This document shows, piece after piece, positions 1 to 9,536 of a stretch of DNA of 64,000 nt. A program made the position numbers and the translations under genes. Within the stretch, counting starts at the first letter, position 1. Each line of letters starts with the position of its first letter. The notes beneath the pieces were generated by a model. It saw nothing but the letters and a program-made list of their open reading frames with translations. It made no database searches and was not told the DNA's origin. The stretch covers positions 21,717 to 85,716 of the forward strand of contig CALVEB010000004.1 of assembly GCA_944326465.1 (NCBI GenBank). The letters run 5' to 3'. The stretch is from Candidatus Gastranaerophilales bacterium (GTDB taxonomy: Bacteria > Cyanobacteriota > Vampirovibrionia > Gastranaerophilales > Gastranaerophilaceae).

Positions 1-193
1 ACATTAGGGAATGCCTTGTATCTTTAACGATTTTTGACAGTCCATCAATATTTTTTTTAGAAAGTCCGTCATGTAAAACATGGATATCATATTCTGTATC
101 TTTGGCGGCATTATCAATTAAACTCTGTATACTTATTGCAGCGGCAAGTATTATTCTGTTATCAAAAGTGAAAACAACAGGAATTTTAGCCAT
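1..193 (-). CDS. Glycosyltransferase family 8-like protein; only the N-terminal 64 codons are present because the gene runs off the left edge
   Basis: Not in the ORF track because no stop lies in the window. Reverse translation from ATG 193 gives MAKIPVVFTFDNRIILAAAISIQSLIDNAAKDTEYDIHVLHDGLSKKNIDGL, a typical GT8/LPS-glycosyltransferase N-terminus. The start overlaps the stop of ORF 186..1286 by 8 nt. Confidence 0.6.
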   Translation of the reverse strand, partial: MAKIPVVFTFDNRIILAAAISIQSLIDNAAKDTEYDIHVLHDGLSKKNIDGLSKIVKDTRHSLM

Positions 194-1286
194 TAATTAA
201 TCTCCTCAAATTTTCAAGGGATGTCTCATACAGATTGTCTGCAACCTTTTTAAGGCTTTTTTGCATTTCTGTATATTTATCAGAGGTCATCTTAATGCCT
301 TTTTCCATTGCCATATAATAATCTTCATCTTTATCATAAAGAATTGAATTAGTATCATCAAATTCGTTTATCGGCCCGAAACTCCGTAAAATAATACAAG
401 GCTTGCAAAAGCCGTAAACCAGTTGGAAATTGCCGCTGGTACCGGATTCGTTATATCTCACGTGGTTTTCAAGCCGCGTATCATAAGATGTCAAAAGGAA
501 ATCAGCTTTTTCAATTTCATCATACATTTTATCAAACGGCAGCCGGCCCTTTATATCAAAATACCGGTGTAATTCTTTTGGCAAACCTTTTAAAGAACCT
601 TTACCTACAACTGTAACTTTAAAATTCCGGTAGCCAAGTTCATGAAGTCTTGCAACCGCATTTATTATAAATTCACTGTTTTTCTTTTTCAGAGAAACCG
701 CACCGACTGTGATAAAATTCGTTACATCTTCATTTTTAGGTGTAATTTTGACATCACCAAAATAATGCGGGTTAACAACAATGCCTTGAGCGCCTTTATA
801 ATTCAATTTTCTTAAAATAATCAAATCGTCTCGCCATGTACCGGCATCTACCGCGTATTTTGCTTCGTGTTCCACAAAAAATAATTTCTTTTTATCTACA
901 TCCGTTGCAAAATGCGAATAACATTCATCAAAATGAATATCATCACACAACTTCCCCACCGTTGTGACCATTAGTCCAGCTGCTTCTGACAGATTAGAAG
1001 TCTTAAAATATTTATGGATAGCTTTTTGAGACATTTTATTGAGAGATATATTTGGATGTTGAAATCGTGAAAACAACCCTTCTTTTATTCTGTCCGGCGT
1101 AACCAGCACTGAGACATGATAGCCTAAATCCAGAAGGTATTTTGCATATCCCGGGACAACTTCCGAATGAGATTTGCTGCAAGGTTCCCAGACAAAAAAA
1201 GTATTGTCTTTGATTACCGGTTTAGATGCAGGAAAAATTAAATCCATAATCTTTTTCGTTAGTTGTGATATACCTTTTGACATCAA
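186..1286 (-). CDS. Putative GT-B-like glycosyltransferase of the polysaccharide cluster; paralog of the C-terminal half of 2779..4542
   Basis: 366-aa ORF. Shared blocks with 2779..4542: GYAKYLLDLGYHVSV/GYAKYFMDLGYNVDV, an identical NPHYFGDVKITPKN, and GTSGNFQLVYGFCKPCII/GTSGAFQLIYGFAKPCII. Confidence 0.55.
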   Translation of the reverse strand: MMSKGISQLTKKIMDLIFPASKPVIKDNTFFVWEPCSKSHSEVVPGYAKYLLDLGYHVSVLVTPDRIKEGLFSRFQHPNISLNKMSQKAIHKYFKTSNLSEAAGLMVTTVGKLCDDIHFDECYSHFATDVDKKKLFFVEHEAKYAVDAGTWRDDLIILRKLNYKGAQGIVVNPHYFGDVKITPKNEDVTNFITVGAVSLKKKNSEFIINAVARLHELGYRNFKVTVVGKGSLKGLPKELHRYFDIKGRLPFDKMYDEIEKADFLLTSYDTRLENHVRYNESGTSGNFQLVYGFCKPCIILRSFGPINEFDDTNSILYDKDEDYYMAMEKGIKMTSDKYTEMQKSLKKVADNLYETSLENLRRLING

Positions 1287-1387
1287 TAACCACCTTTACT
1301 ATCCTTTTACTATACTAACACAAATAATATTGAATGTTCCTTTATTTATAGAAATATTAATTTCTATCAAAAATTTAAAATAAAGAC

Positions 1388-1416
1388 TTGACAAACTGTA
1401 TGTTGTAGCATACAAT
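1388..1416 (+). promoter_or_regulatory. Sigma-70-type promoter for the orphan antidote gene
   Basis: TTGACA (1388-1393), 17-nt spacer, TACAAT (1411-1416). The spacer contains TGTTGTA, as does the promoter at 9992. Confidence 0.5.
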
Positions 1417-1438
1417 ATATAAAATTAGGGGATAAAAT

Positions 1439-1762
1439 ATGAAAATTAAAAAAGAAATTTTAGACAGATGTATAACGTTTGAAGATCATATTATGCAGGA
1501 ATTACAGGATAGCGAGATGCAGAAGGAATATCTGCGACTGAATATTGAAGAATATGTAAAAGATGGGGATTCTAAACTATTTTTCAAAGCACTTGGAAGG
1601 GTTGTCAAAGTACGGACAACAGTCAGCCAGCTTGCAAAAGATTTAGATATGAATCGTTCAAATCTTTCAAATATTTTGAAAGGTAAAGTGCAGCCAAGTT
1701 TTTATACAACAATGAAAATACTCAGAGGTTTGGGCGCTGAAATAGAGGTGAAATTCGCATAA
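1439..1762 (+). CDS. Addiction-module antidote protein (HI1420/HigA-like HTH family), with no toxin partner
   Basis: 107 aa. Paralogous to 10337..10660: EYLRLNIEEYVKDGDSKLFFKALGRVVKVR aligns with MYLDAAIQDFITEGDYDLFFQSLEQVVKAR. It has a C-terminal HTH and an RBS AGGGGA upstream. Confidence 0.75.
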   Translation: MKIKKEILDRCITFEDHIMQELQDSEMQKEYLRLNIEEYVKDGDSKLFFKALGRVVKVRTTVSQLAKDLDMNRSNLSNILKGKVQPSFYTTMKILRGLGAEIEVKFA

Positions 1763-1775
1763 ATATATCACTATT

Positions 1776-2789
1776 TTATATAATGTTAATTTTGGACTTT
1801 ATGTAATAAATCAATCTGTTTGTCATAACTTTATCATAAGATGGTTTCAAATCTTCTGTTATTAATTTGCAAACATAATCTTTATCATACTGTTTTATTA
1901 ATTTTTTAAATTCGTTTTGTATCTTTTTGCGGAAAAGTATTCTTAATGATTTATTCCTTTTAATATTAGAATAGTAATTTAAAAAAGTATTAATTTTCCA
2001 TTTCAGGAATTGTTTTTCCACCTCAGCGTATAAACCATTTGAACGTAAAAATTTTTCTACACTAACTGCAACAGGTATTATATCCAGACATTCAATATTA
2101 TTTTTGAAGCGTTCAGTAACACTCGTTGGGTGAAACATTGTGTAATTATATAAACAATCCGTACTATAGGATATTTTATCCGCAAGTAAAAAACATTTTA
2201 TATGGAAAATAACATCTTCAATTGTTAATTCTTCATCAAATTTGATATTCTTACTTTTTAAAAATGAAGTTTTATAAATTTTATTCCACGGGAAAAAATT
2301 ATGGAAGATGTAATCTTTTATATCTTTATAAGAAAAAACTGTATTCTGATTGACTTTATCCTCTAGCTCATATATTTTCATAAAGTCCTTATTTGTCACA
2401 ACGAAATTGTGAATTGTATCATAGATATTTGCATCAAAGAACAGAAAATCTGCATCATGATAAGTAATTTTGTCTAAAAGCTTCTGACAGGCAGATAACG
2501 GCAAACTGTCATCAGAATCAACAAAAAGAATATATTCACCCAGCGCTGCATCTATTCCTTTGTTACGTGCTGTTCCCTGACCGGAATTCTGTTGTGTAAT
2601 TATTTTTATACGCGAATCTTTTTGCGCATATTCTTTAAGAATTTGTGCTGATGTATCTGTTGAACCATCATCAATACAAATAATTTCAAGATTTTTGTAT
2701 GTTTGATTAATTATACTGTCGAGACAACGGCTGAGATATTTTTCTACATTATAAACAGGTATGATCACGGATATTTTTTTATTCTCCAT
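1776..2789 (-). CDS. Glycosyltransferase family 2
   Basis: N-terminus ISVIIPVYNVEKYLSRCLDSIINQTYKNLEIICIDDGSTD plus a DSDD motif, which is the classic GT2 signature. Confidence 0.9.
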   Translation of the reverse strand: MENKKISVIIPVYNVEKYLSRCLDSIINQTYKNLEIICIDDGSTDTSAQILKEYAQKDSRIKIITQQNSGQGTARNKGIDAALGEYILFVDSDDSLPLSACQKLLDKITYHDADFLFFDANIYDTIHNFVVTNKDFMKIYELEDKVNQNTVFSYKDIKDYIFHNFFPWNKIYKTSFLKSKNIKFDEELTIEDVIFHIKCFLLADKISYSTDCLYNYTMFHPTSVTERFKNNIECLDIIPVAVSVEKFLRSNGLYAEVEKQFLKWKINTFLNYYSNIKRNKSLRILFRKKIQNEFKKLIKQYDKDYVCKLITEDLKPSYDKVMTNRLIYYIKSKINII

Positions 2790-4542
2790 TTAGCAGCCCT
2801 TTCAAATTATCTAAAGATTTTCGATATAAATCTTGTGCATATTGCAATAACATCTTTTGTTTAATCTGATATTCTTCTACCGGCATATTTATTGCAGTAA
2901 TCATTGCCTGCATTAATTCGTTATTCCTATCATATAAAATACTGTTGTCATCTGTAAATCCGTGGATTTTGGCAAATTTCTTACATATTATACAAGGTTT
3001 TGCAAAACCGTAAATTAGCTGAAACGCACCTGATGTACCGGTGGTTATATATCTTTCATGGTCAGGATTTTCCGGATCAAGAAGCTGTAAAAAGAAATCA
3101 GCATTTTCCATTGCGTCAAACATATTTTCAAAATCAAGCCTGCCCTTAAAATCAATATACCTGCTTACATTTTCCGGCATATAAGAAAGATGTCCTTGAG
3201 ACCCGATTACAGTTACCTTGAAATTTGTGATGCCTTTTGTGATTAATTTTTGTACTGTATTAATGAGTAGAACATGATTTTTACGTTGTTTTTGGATATT
3301 GCCTATTACTATAAAATCGGTTATTGAAACATTTTTGGGTGTAATTTTTACATCTCCGAAATAGTGTGGATTAACAACCGCAGGTTTAGGGCTCATATTA
3401 ACCGGCAAATCTGCGAGAATAATATTTTTACTTTTTCCCAATGTTAATTCATCAATGTATTCAGGCTGATGAACTATGCTGACAAAATCTTTTTGCGGCT
3501 TTTGAATTTTACCCGTATATTTAAAGCAGCTTGAAACATTGTCCTGAAGGCAATTGACAGTGAGTTCAGAATTAAACACGATATAGTTATAAGATGATAG
3601 TTTTTTATTTTTCAGAAGATATTTTATTTCAAGTTTATTCAACTGATAGGTATGTAAGTGTTCTGATTTAAAACGTACAAACGGATCTTTCATTGAATAA
3701 GCAGGAGGGAAAACAACATCCACATTATATCCAAGATCCATAAAATATTTTGCGTATCCGGATAATGTTTCATAATGGTGCTCGTTGAGTTCTACTATAA
3801 GTACAGCTTTTCTTTTATAATTTTGTTTAAAAAATTTATTTATATTTTGTATATTTTTTAAACTTAAATATTCAAATCTGTATTTTCTCCAGAAAAAAGT
3901 CAAAGTCTTATAATTTTTTTCATTTGAAAAAGAAAATATTTTTTTGAGTAAAAATTTCCAATCTAAAGTAACTCGAAATTTTATAAAACCTAAATTGATT
4001 AAAATATTTTTCTTTTTAAAAACAGATGTATAATTTCCGGTAGAATTGAACGCATAAGAATTATCTGCCAGATTATTTTCAATCATTTGTTTAACGACTG
4101 ATTTATAAGTTTGAGCAGATGTAAATCTTAAAACAGTACGCACAGGATGCCGGTGTAAAATTTGTGTGTTATCAATAAATTCTATAAACTCATTTGTTTC
4201 ATTGATATACCAGATTAACGGTACTTTATTCTTTAAATGGTCTACAAAGCGATAAGCCGTGGTATTATTAGCTATGACAAGATTGAAACATTTAGCATAT
4301 TCAATTATTTTATCAAAATGTTTGTCGTAATCATTGTTTAAGATTTTAATGTCAAGTCTGTCAATATGTAAATGATCTTTTACAGGAAAGTCATTTACAG
4401 AAACTACTGTGCATGAATATTTTATTTCAGAAATTGCTTTAATTAGATGCAGAAGATTTGTTTCTCCTTTATCAGGCAAGAGATTATCTGTAAAAACAAG
4501 GATTTTATCTTTTTGCACATCATTGTATTTATATTGCTGCAT
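2779..4542 (-). CDS. Two-domain putative glycosyltransferase; the C-terminal half is paralogous to 186..1286
   Basis: 587-aa ORF. Overlaps the downstream GT2 start by 11 nt. Conserved blocks are listed under 186..1286. Confidence 0.55.
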   Translation of the reverse strand: MQQYKYNDVQKDKILVFTDNLLPDKGETNLLHLIKAISEIKYSCTVVSVNDFPVKDHLHIDRLDIKILNNDYDKHFDKIIEYAKCFNLVIANNTTAYRFVDHLKNKVPLIWYINETNEFIEFIDNTQILHRHPVRTVLRFTSAQTYKSVVKQMIENNLADNSYAFNSTGNYTSVFKKKNILINLGFIKFRVTLDWKFLLKKIFSFSNEKNYKTLTFFWRKYRFEYLSLKNIQNINKFFKQNYKRKAVLIVELNEHHYETLSGYAKYFMDLGYNVDVVFPPAYSMKDPFVRFKSEHLHTYQLNKLEIKYLLKNKKLSSYNYIVFNSELTVNCLQDNVSSCFKYTGKIQKPQKDFVSIVHQPEYIDELTLGKSKNIILADLPVNMSPKPAVVNPHYFGDVKITPKNVSITDFIVIGNIQKQRKNHVLLINTVQKLITKGITNFKVTVIGSQGHLSYMPENVSRYIDFKGRLDFENMFDAMENADFFLQLLDPENPDHERYITTGTSGAFQLIYGFAKPCIICKKFAKIHGFTDDNSILYDRNNELMQAMITAINMPVEEYQIKQKMLLQYAQDLYRKSLDNLKGLLNGE

Positions 4543-4573
4543 AATATACCTGATTCTAATTTAACAGTTAATA

Positions 4574-5776
4574 TTATACTTTAAATAGAATTTTTTTAAC
4601 AATTTTGCGCAGCGGATTTTTTATTTGCGGCGGCAGTATTCTGTATATAAACATAACAGGTTTCGGGTATTTGCCTGCAATAAGATATTTTTTATTTAAT
4701 TGTTTTAGGGTCTTTTTATCTTGTGATATTTCTTTTAAATACGCATTTCTTTTAGGATGCGATATTGAAGAAGAAATAATATTCTGATTATGCTTAATCG
4801 CAGCTTCTACAGGTACTTCTTTAACTAAACGCGCTTCTTTTTTGATAACTTTATTAAAATATTTCTCACCTTTAGCAGTATTCAAAAGTACTATAGATGT
4901 TCCCTTCCGGTCATTCAAGGAAGTATCAAATTCATCAACACCCCAGAAATCGCCAAGAGTTATATCTGCAACACGCGGCAGTTTATTAAATTTACAATCA
5001 ACACAACAGTCATTAATACTCATATTTGCGAGAAAAGCCTGCATATATGTATCTTCAAGTCCGGACGACGAATGCGTGGAAGCTTTAGTGTTAAGAGTTA
5101 TAATCGGTTCGGGATGCCAACCATTGATTTTATCTCGCATATTTATGCTAACAAGTTCACTTCCAAAATCATTCATACATTCTTGTTTGTACATTTCAAA
5201 AACTTTCCGCGACGGCACACCGTGACAAATTATTTCAAGAGTAAGCAGATTTTCGTAATCTTTGCCTAAGAAAAATTTTAAACCGGCTATCTGGCACGGG
5301 GTACCGGAATAAAGCACATTCCGTCCTTGTTGAAGTGCGGATTTTGCTTCTTGATATGTATTTTTAGTATCACTCTGTACATATTTAGAAATTTGCATTG
5401 GTAAAGTTTCTTCAACATTTTGTGCCATAGTGTGACAGACTTTCAGTTCCTTATCATATACCGCGCCAAACACTACGCCGTTGTTATTCACAATATAACG
5501 CGCAAGTGCCGGAAACGCGCCGCCGGATGAAGAATTAAGTCTTATTTGTTCATCATTATTTATAAAAGCATAAACCTTGGGTGATAAAGTATTATCAGAC
5601 ACATAGTGCTGAACCGGACAATTTTTTTCACATAATCCACAATTTGTACATTTATTTTTATCAATTTCAGGTTTCAAAAAACCTTTTTTATCTTCAATCA
5701 TTTTTATAGCGGAATTTGGACAGATATTTGCACAGGCTCCGCATCCGGTGCAGATTTTGAAATTGAGTTTATCCAT
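4574..5776 (-). CDS. Coenzyme F420 hydrogenase/dehydrogenase beta-subunit-like Fe-S protein (2x[4Fe-4S] ferredoxin N-terminal domain)
   Basis: CTGCGACANICP and CTNCGLCEKNCP ferredoxin motifs at the N-terminus. This family is commonly found next to polysaccharide pyruvyl transferases. Confidence 0.75.
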   Translation of the reverse strand: MDKLNFKICTGCGACANICPNSAIKMIEDKKGFLKPEIDKNKCTNCGLCEKNCPVQHYVSDNTLSPKVYAFINNDEQIRLNSSSGGAFPALARYIVNNNGVVFGAVYDKELKVCHTMAQNVEETLPMQISKYVQSDTKNTYQEAKSALQQGRNVLYSGTPCQIAGLKFFLGKDYENLLTLEIICHGVPSRKVFEMYKQECMNDFGSELVSINMRDKINGWHPEPIITLNTKASTHSSSGLEDTYMQAFLANMSINDCCVDCKFNKLPRVADITLGDFWGVDEFDTSLNDRKGTSIVLLNTAKGEKYFNKVIKKEARLVKEVPVEAAIKHNQNIISSSISHPKRNAYLKEISQDKKTLKQLNKKYLIAGKYPKPVMFIYRILPPQIKNPLRKIVKKILFKV

Positions 5777-6980
5777 TAAATTTTATCCTTATATAAGTCG
5801 CAAAATCTTGAATAACTTTAGGAAGATATTCTGATATAGGAACCCATATATACCATAACATCTTTTTAATTTGATATTTTAATGTTGCCTGTTTTTGTAA
5901 TTTTTTAACGAGAAATTCCAGATATTTAATTCTACAATTAACTTTTTGGTCAGTCACTTTTACAGGCGCATCAAGAGCTTTTTTAAGAAAATTCAACCCC
6001 TTTTGCGCTTCACGCTCAATTATCCGGTCAACATTTTCATAGTCACAGCTAAATAAACAGTCTTTTTGTAAAATTTCACTGTAAGAATTAATACATCTAT
6101 TTTCGATGCTCAGTAAAGATAAAATCGACTCAAATCTTGTATAAGCCATACCGCTATTTGCAAGGCATACAATAAAAGGCTTGTTAAACATTATAGCAAA
6201 GCTGGCGCCGTGAAAAGAATCTGTAACGAGAAATTTACAATTTTTTATTGCAGCCAGCCAGTTTTCTACAGATGTATTTGAGTTTGCAAGTTCAACAATT
6301 TTGGTGTTGTATTGTTTTTCTAAATATTTGCGTGAACTATAATATTCTTTATTCGGGTCAAGTACATAAGATACAATTTTGTTTGAATAATCAATTGTTG
6401 CATTAGTGATTAATTTATCATAATAAGATTTATCTAAAATAAAAACAGGATCAATAATCCACTCAGCTTCAATCCCCATTATATCACGGCAAATATCGAC
6501 TCCGACATTTTCTCTTACAGATACACTGTCAAATGATTGCAGTGAGTCTTTCATATTTTGGATTGTTTCGGGAGTATTTTCCTCTAAGAATTTTTCTTTA
6601 TCCACTCCAAAACTTGCTGAAAAAGCTATTTTTTTGCTGTCAGGTTTTACAAAATCAAGCAGATATTCTTTTAACTTGTGTCCTGTATAAATTGGTCTGA
6701 AAACCTGATCAGAGCCGACAATAAATTTATCAGTTTCGTTGTTTAATGAATTGACATCATTTATAAAATTCGGCGATGTATTTAAATATTTATTCCAGAA
6801 TTTAATTGAACAATTTTTGCTTTTAGATTTTTTCTTTGTCACTTGAAAAGCATTATTTACCAGTTCCGGATTGTAGTTAAGATTTTTTAAAATTTCTTGC
6901 AATGCGTAAGCTGTTAAATTTGCGCCATAATTATTTGTCGTGTGCCACAGATTAAATATAAATACTTTATTCTCTTCCAT
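5769..6980 (-). CDS. Polysaccharide pyruvyl transferase family protein
   Basis: 403 aa. N-terminus IFNLWHTTNNYGANLTAYALQ and a C-terminal TDSFHG motif are typical of WcaK/CsaB-like pyruvyl transferases. Overlaps the start of the Fe-S partner gene. Confidence 0.7.
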   Translation of the reverse strand: MEENKVFIFNLWHTTNNYGANLTAYALQEILKNLNYNPELVNNAFQVTKKKSKSKNCSIKFWNKYLNTSPNFINDVNSLNNETDKFIVGSDQVFRPIYTGHKLKEYLLDFVKPDSKKIAFSASFGVDKEKFLEENTPETIQNMKDSLQSFDSVSVRENVGVDICRDIMGIEAEWIIDPVFILDKSYYDKLITNATIDYSNKIVSYVLDPNKEYYSSRKYLEKQYNTKIVELANSNTSVENWLAAIKNCKFLVTDSFHGASFAIMFNKPFIVCLANSGMAYTRFESILSLLSIENRCINSYSEILQKDCLFSCDYENVDRIIEREAQKGLNFLKKALDAPVKVTDQKVNCRIKYLEFLVKKLQKQATLKYQIKKMLWYIWVPISEYLPKVIQDFATYIRIKFNG

Positions 6981-7002
6981 AAACTATCCTATTCATTTGT
7001 AA

Positions 7003-7389
7003 TTATGAATGAAACTCTCTTATGTAGGCTTTAAATTGTAAAAGTTCCTGAAAATATTCGCCTGAAATATTCATTAAAATTGAATTAACTTTGTCTAAAT
7101 TATATTCATGAGATATTGAATTACGTGCATTAAGCATGTCTATCCATAATTGCCCGTTAGAAATTACCTCAAAAGAAAAAGCTTCTTTTATTACTTCTTT
7201 GGGTAAATATACCTTAACGCCATTCTCGTCAAGATAATCTTTTAATACTTTCCAGGCAAGCTCAAAAGACTGTATTAAAGCCATATGTGTTAATATATTC
7301 ATACAGTTATTTTTATAAGCATTAACAGCCTCCGATAAAATTTCAAAAGCTCTGTTAAAACTCTCTATTCTTTCTTGTAGTCTTGTCAT
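7003..7389 (-). CDS. HEPN-domain protein, HI0074 family (nucleotidyltransferase substrate-binding protein); orphan
   Basis: MTRLQERIESFNRAFEILSEAV...LIQSFELAWKVLKDYL...ARNSISHEYN (RX4H HEPN motif). Start trimmed to ATG 7389, which has an AGAGG RBS. No MNT partner is adjacent. Confidence 0.75.
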   Translation of the reverse strand: MTRLQERIESFNRAFEILSEAVNAYKNNCMNILTHMALIQSFELAWKVLKDYLDENGVKVYLPKEVIKEAFSFEVISNGQLWIDMLNARNSISHEYNLDKVNSILMNISGEYFQELLQFKAYIREFHS

Positions 7390-7520
7390 CACCGACCTCT
7401 TTGTTTGTACAAAAATAGAATAACACAAAATAAGCATATTTTTAAAGTTAATGCAAAATGATTTGAACATAATACAAACACAATCGTTATATAAATGTGG
7501 AAAACAAAAGGAGAATATTT

Positions 7521-7817
7521 ATGAAAAAATTTGTTATTGGATTGTTTATGCTGGGAATTGTTAGTAATATTGCATTGCCGGTTTGTGCTGAATGTAACTG
7601 TACGGCCAAAGACATACTGTATAATTTAAAACATTCATATAGTTCAGATTTAAATGATATCTTTGAAACCATGCTTAACGGCGCATCATTTGGAGCACAG
7701 GACGCATTTGCAGGTTTAATATATGATGTAAAAGACGAAACAGAATTTAAAAATGCATTAAAATATTATATAAACAATAACTGTAGCGTCTCTGGCAATC
7801 AAATAATATGCCGATAA
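7521..7817 (+). CDS. Small secreted Cys-containing hypothetical protein
   Basis: Signal peptide MKKFVIGLFMLGIVSNIALPVCAE; RBS AAGGAG upstream of ATG 7521. Confidence 0.55.
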   Translation: MKKFVIGLFMLGIVSNIALPVCAECNCTAKDILYNLKHSYSSDLNDIFETMLNGASFGAQDAFAGLIYDVKDETEFKNALKYYINNNCSVSGNQIICR

Positions 7818-7820
7818 TAT

Positions 7821-8843
7821 TTATTCACTATTAGGCTTTATACATACAGCAAGGTTTGTGAGAAATATTCTGCTGCTTAATAGCGGATATGAAGAAAACA
7901 CTGAGTAATGGTAAGCATAGCTAAATCCCTCAGACTCTTCTTCTCGCGACCAGATTGAAAAGCTAACATCAGAATAAGGTGATTTGCTAACAAATGGTAT
8001 AATTTCCTTTTTGTTTAATTTATCAGGATTTTTATAGAAATATTTTACCAATAATTCTAATTGTTCTAATGTTGGCATTTTATTACTACCACCGCATGCT
8101 CTTACTGCTCCAGCCCATAAATCTGGCTGTAATCCACATTTTTTAATGCCAAATTGATTGTTTTCAATTGCTTGTTGGCATTCTTGAACGGTCATTGGAC
8201 TATATTCTTTTTGCGGTTCTAATATTTGAGTTATACAAATATTAGAAGCTAATTCCGGTATTAAGCATTTTGTTATACCATTTAGTTCATTAACATTAAT
8301 TTGTCTTATATCTTTACCATATACATTAGGTCCGCCATTTCCTGAAACATCATAAATAATGGATATACTTTCTCCTATAGGTGTAATTCTACTATTATAT
8401 CTTCCAATTGGAGCATTTGGGTTATACGCGATAATAGCATTTACTCCATTATCAAATTGGACTGCGACAGTTTCTGTATTCCAGTCTGGATTACCTAATT
8501 GGGTTGATGTTTTTATTTGAAATGCGTCTATTACAGGCTTTTTATCGTCCCATAAAATACTTTTGGCAAAACATTTTTCTATTTGAGTGTTTTTACAGAC
8601 ATTACTAATTTTTATATAATTTTTAAATTCATTTATAAAATCTATAGTAGATTTATATCCGGATAAATTATTATCTTGATGCATTTTCATTATTGAAAAA
8701 TGTAATTGTTCTTCAAATCCTTTAGATTTTAAATTCCAGTTCTCTTCTTGTTTTGCCTGTATAAAATTTAAAAAGACAATTATAACAATAACTACAACTA
8801 TAAAGATAATAAAATATTTAATTAAAATTGATAATTTATTCAT
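7821..8843 (-). CDS. Membrane-anchored protein (P1) with the pilin-family core and a DUF1566-like C-terminal module
   Basis: N-terminal TM segment MNKLSILIKYFIIFIVVVIVIIVF. YDVSGNGGPNVYGKDI aligns with VDVNGKKGPNRVGKDI in P2/P4. DLWAGAVRACGGSNKMPTLEQLELL aligns with NYWAGAIKACKDKDMELPTRAQLAQL. RBS GAGGAG upstream of ATG 8843. Confidence 0.65.
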   Translation of the reverse strand: MNKLSILIKYFIIFIVVVIVIIVFLNFIQAKQEENWNLKSKGFEEQLHFSIMKMHQDNNLSGYKSTIDFINEFKNYIKISNVCKNTQIEKCFAKSILWDDKKPVIDAFQIKTSTQLGNPDWNTETVAVQFDNGVNAIIAYNPNAPIGRYNSRITPIGESISIIYDVSGNGGPNVYGKDIRQINVNELNGITKCLIPELASNICITQILEPQKEYSPMTVQECQQAIENNQFGIKKCGLQPDLWAGAVRACGGSNKMPTLEQLELLVKYFYKNPDKLNKKEIIPFVSKSPYSDVSFSIWSREEESEGFSYAYHYSVFSSYPLLSSRIFLTNLAVCIKPNSE

Positions 8844-8857
8844 GACTCTCCTCTTTG

Positions 8858-9130
8858 TCAAAAAAGGAATGGTGCTTGTCGTATTTTTTGATTAAGGCGC
8901 TCTCTTTCCAAGTTATTATAAAACTGGCGCTGTTGATCCAATTGTTTCTGTTGCATGATTCGTTGTTGATTAATTGCCTGTTGTTGTAATTGAATTTGTT
9001 TTTCTTGCAATTCATTTTGCCTACACATTTGGTATTCAATTGAGTTAGGTGGTTGATAACAGAATCCAAAGCTTACCTGTGGAATAATTAAATTAATCAA
9101 AATTATTAAGACTAAACTTTTGTAATGCAT
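8858..9130 (-). CDS. Small secreted Gln-rich hypothetical protein
   Basis: Signal peptide MHYKSLVLIILINLIIPQVSFG followed by a Q-rich coiled segment. It lies immediately upstream of 7821..8843 in the same operon. Confidence 0.5.
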   Translation of the reverse strand: MHYKSLVLIILINLIIPQVSFGFCYQPPNSIEYQMCRQNELQEKQIQLQQQAINQQRIMQQKQLDQQRQFYNNLERERLNQKIRQAPFLF

Positions 9131-9140
9131 AAATACCTCA

Positions 9141-9416
9141 TTAATTTACAGCTAATACATATATTATTTGTTTTCTATTATTTGTTGAAATTTCCCCTTT
9201 ATGTTTGTTTGTAATATCTAAGTCTAACTGAAAATTATCTTTTACTAATTTTCCTAATTCAGTAACTATTTTATTTAAAATATCTTCTTCAACATCTTCA
9301 GACATACAGAGACCTATTAATTGTCCATTTAATGATATGGAAATGGGTTGTCCATAATTATGACTTAAAATTTGTTCAATCTTAAAAATGTTTTCAATTT
9401 CTTTAAAATTTGGCAT
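9141..9416 (-). CDS. Hypothetical protein (first gene of the P1 operon)
   Basis: ORF with an AAGGAG RBS before ATG 9416 (MPNFKEIENIF...). Confidence 0.5.
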   Translation of the reverse strand: MPNFKEIENIFKIEQILSHNYGQPISISLNGQLIGLCMSEDVEEDILNKIVTELGKLVKDNFQLDLDITNKHKGEISTNNRKQIIYVLAVN

Positions 9417-9454
9417 ATTTTTCTCCTTTAATTTGACCACATAATATTTTTACC

Positions 9455-9488
9455 ATGTTTAACATTAATTGTCAACATGTTTAACATT
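9455..9488. promoter_or_regulatory. Two copies of the palindromic operator-like site ATGTTTAACATT, 22 bp apart
   Basis: Copies at 9455-9466 and 9477-9488, in the divergent region between the XRE gene (9537) and the P1 operon (9416). Confidence 0.45.
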
Positions 9489-9536
9489 GTAGAACAACAA
9501 AAAATATCAAATTAAAATATACAAAAAGGTTTTTTA

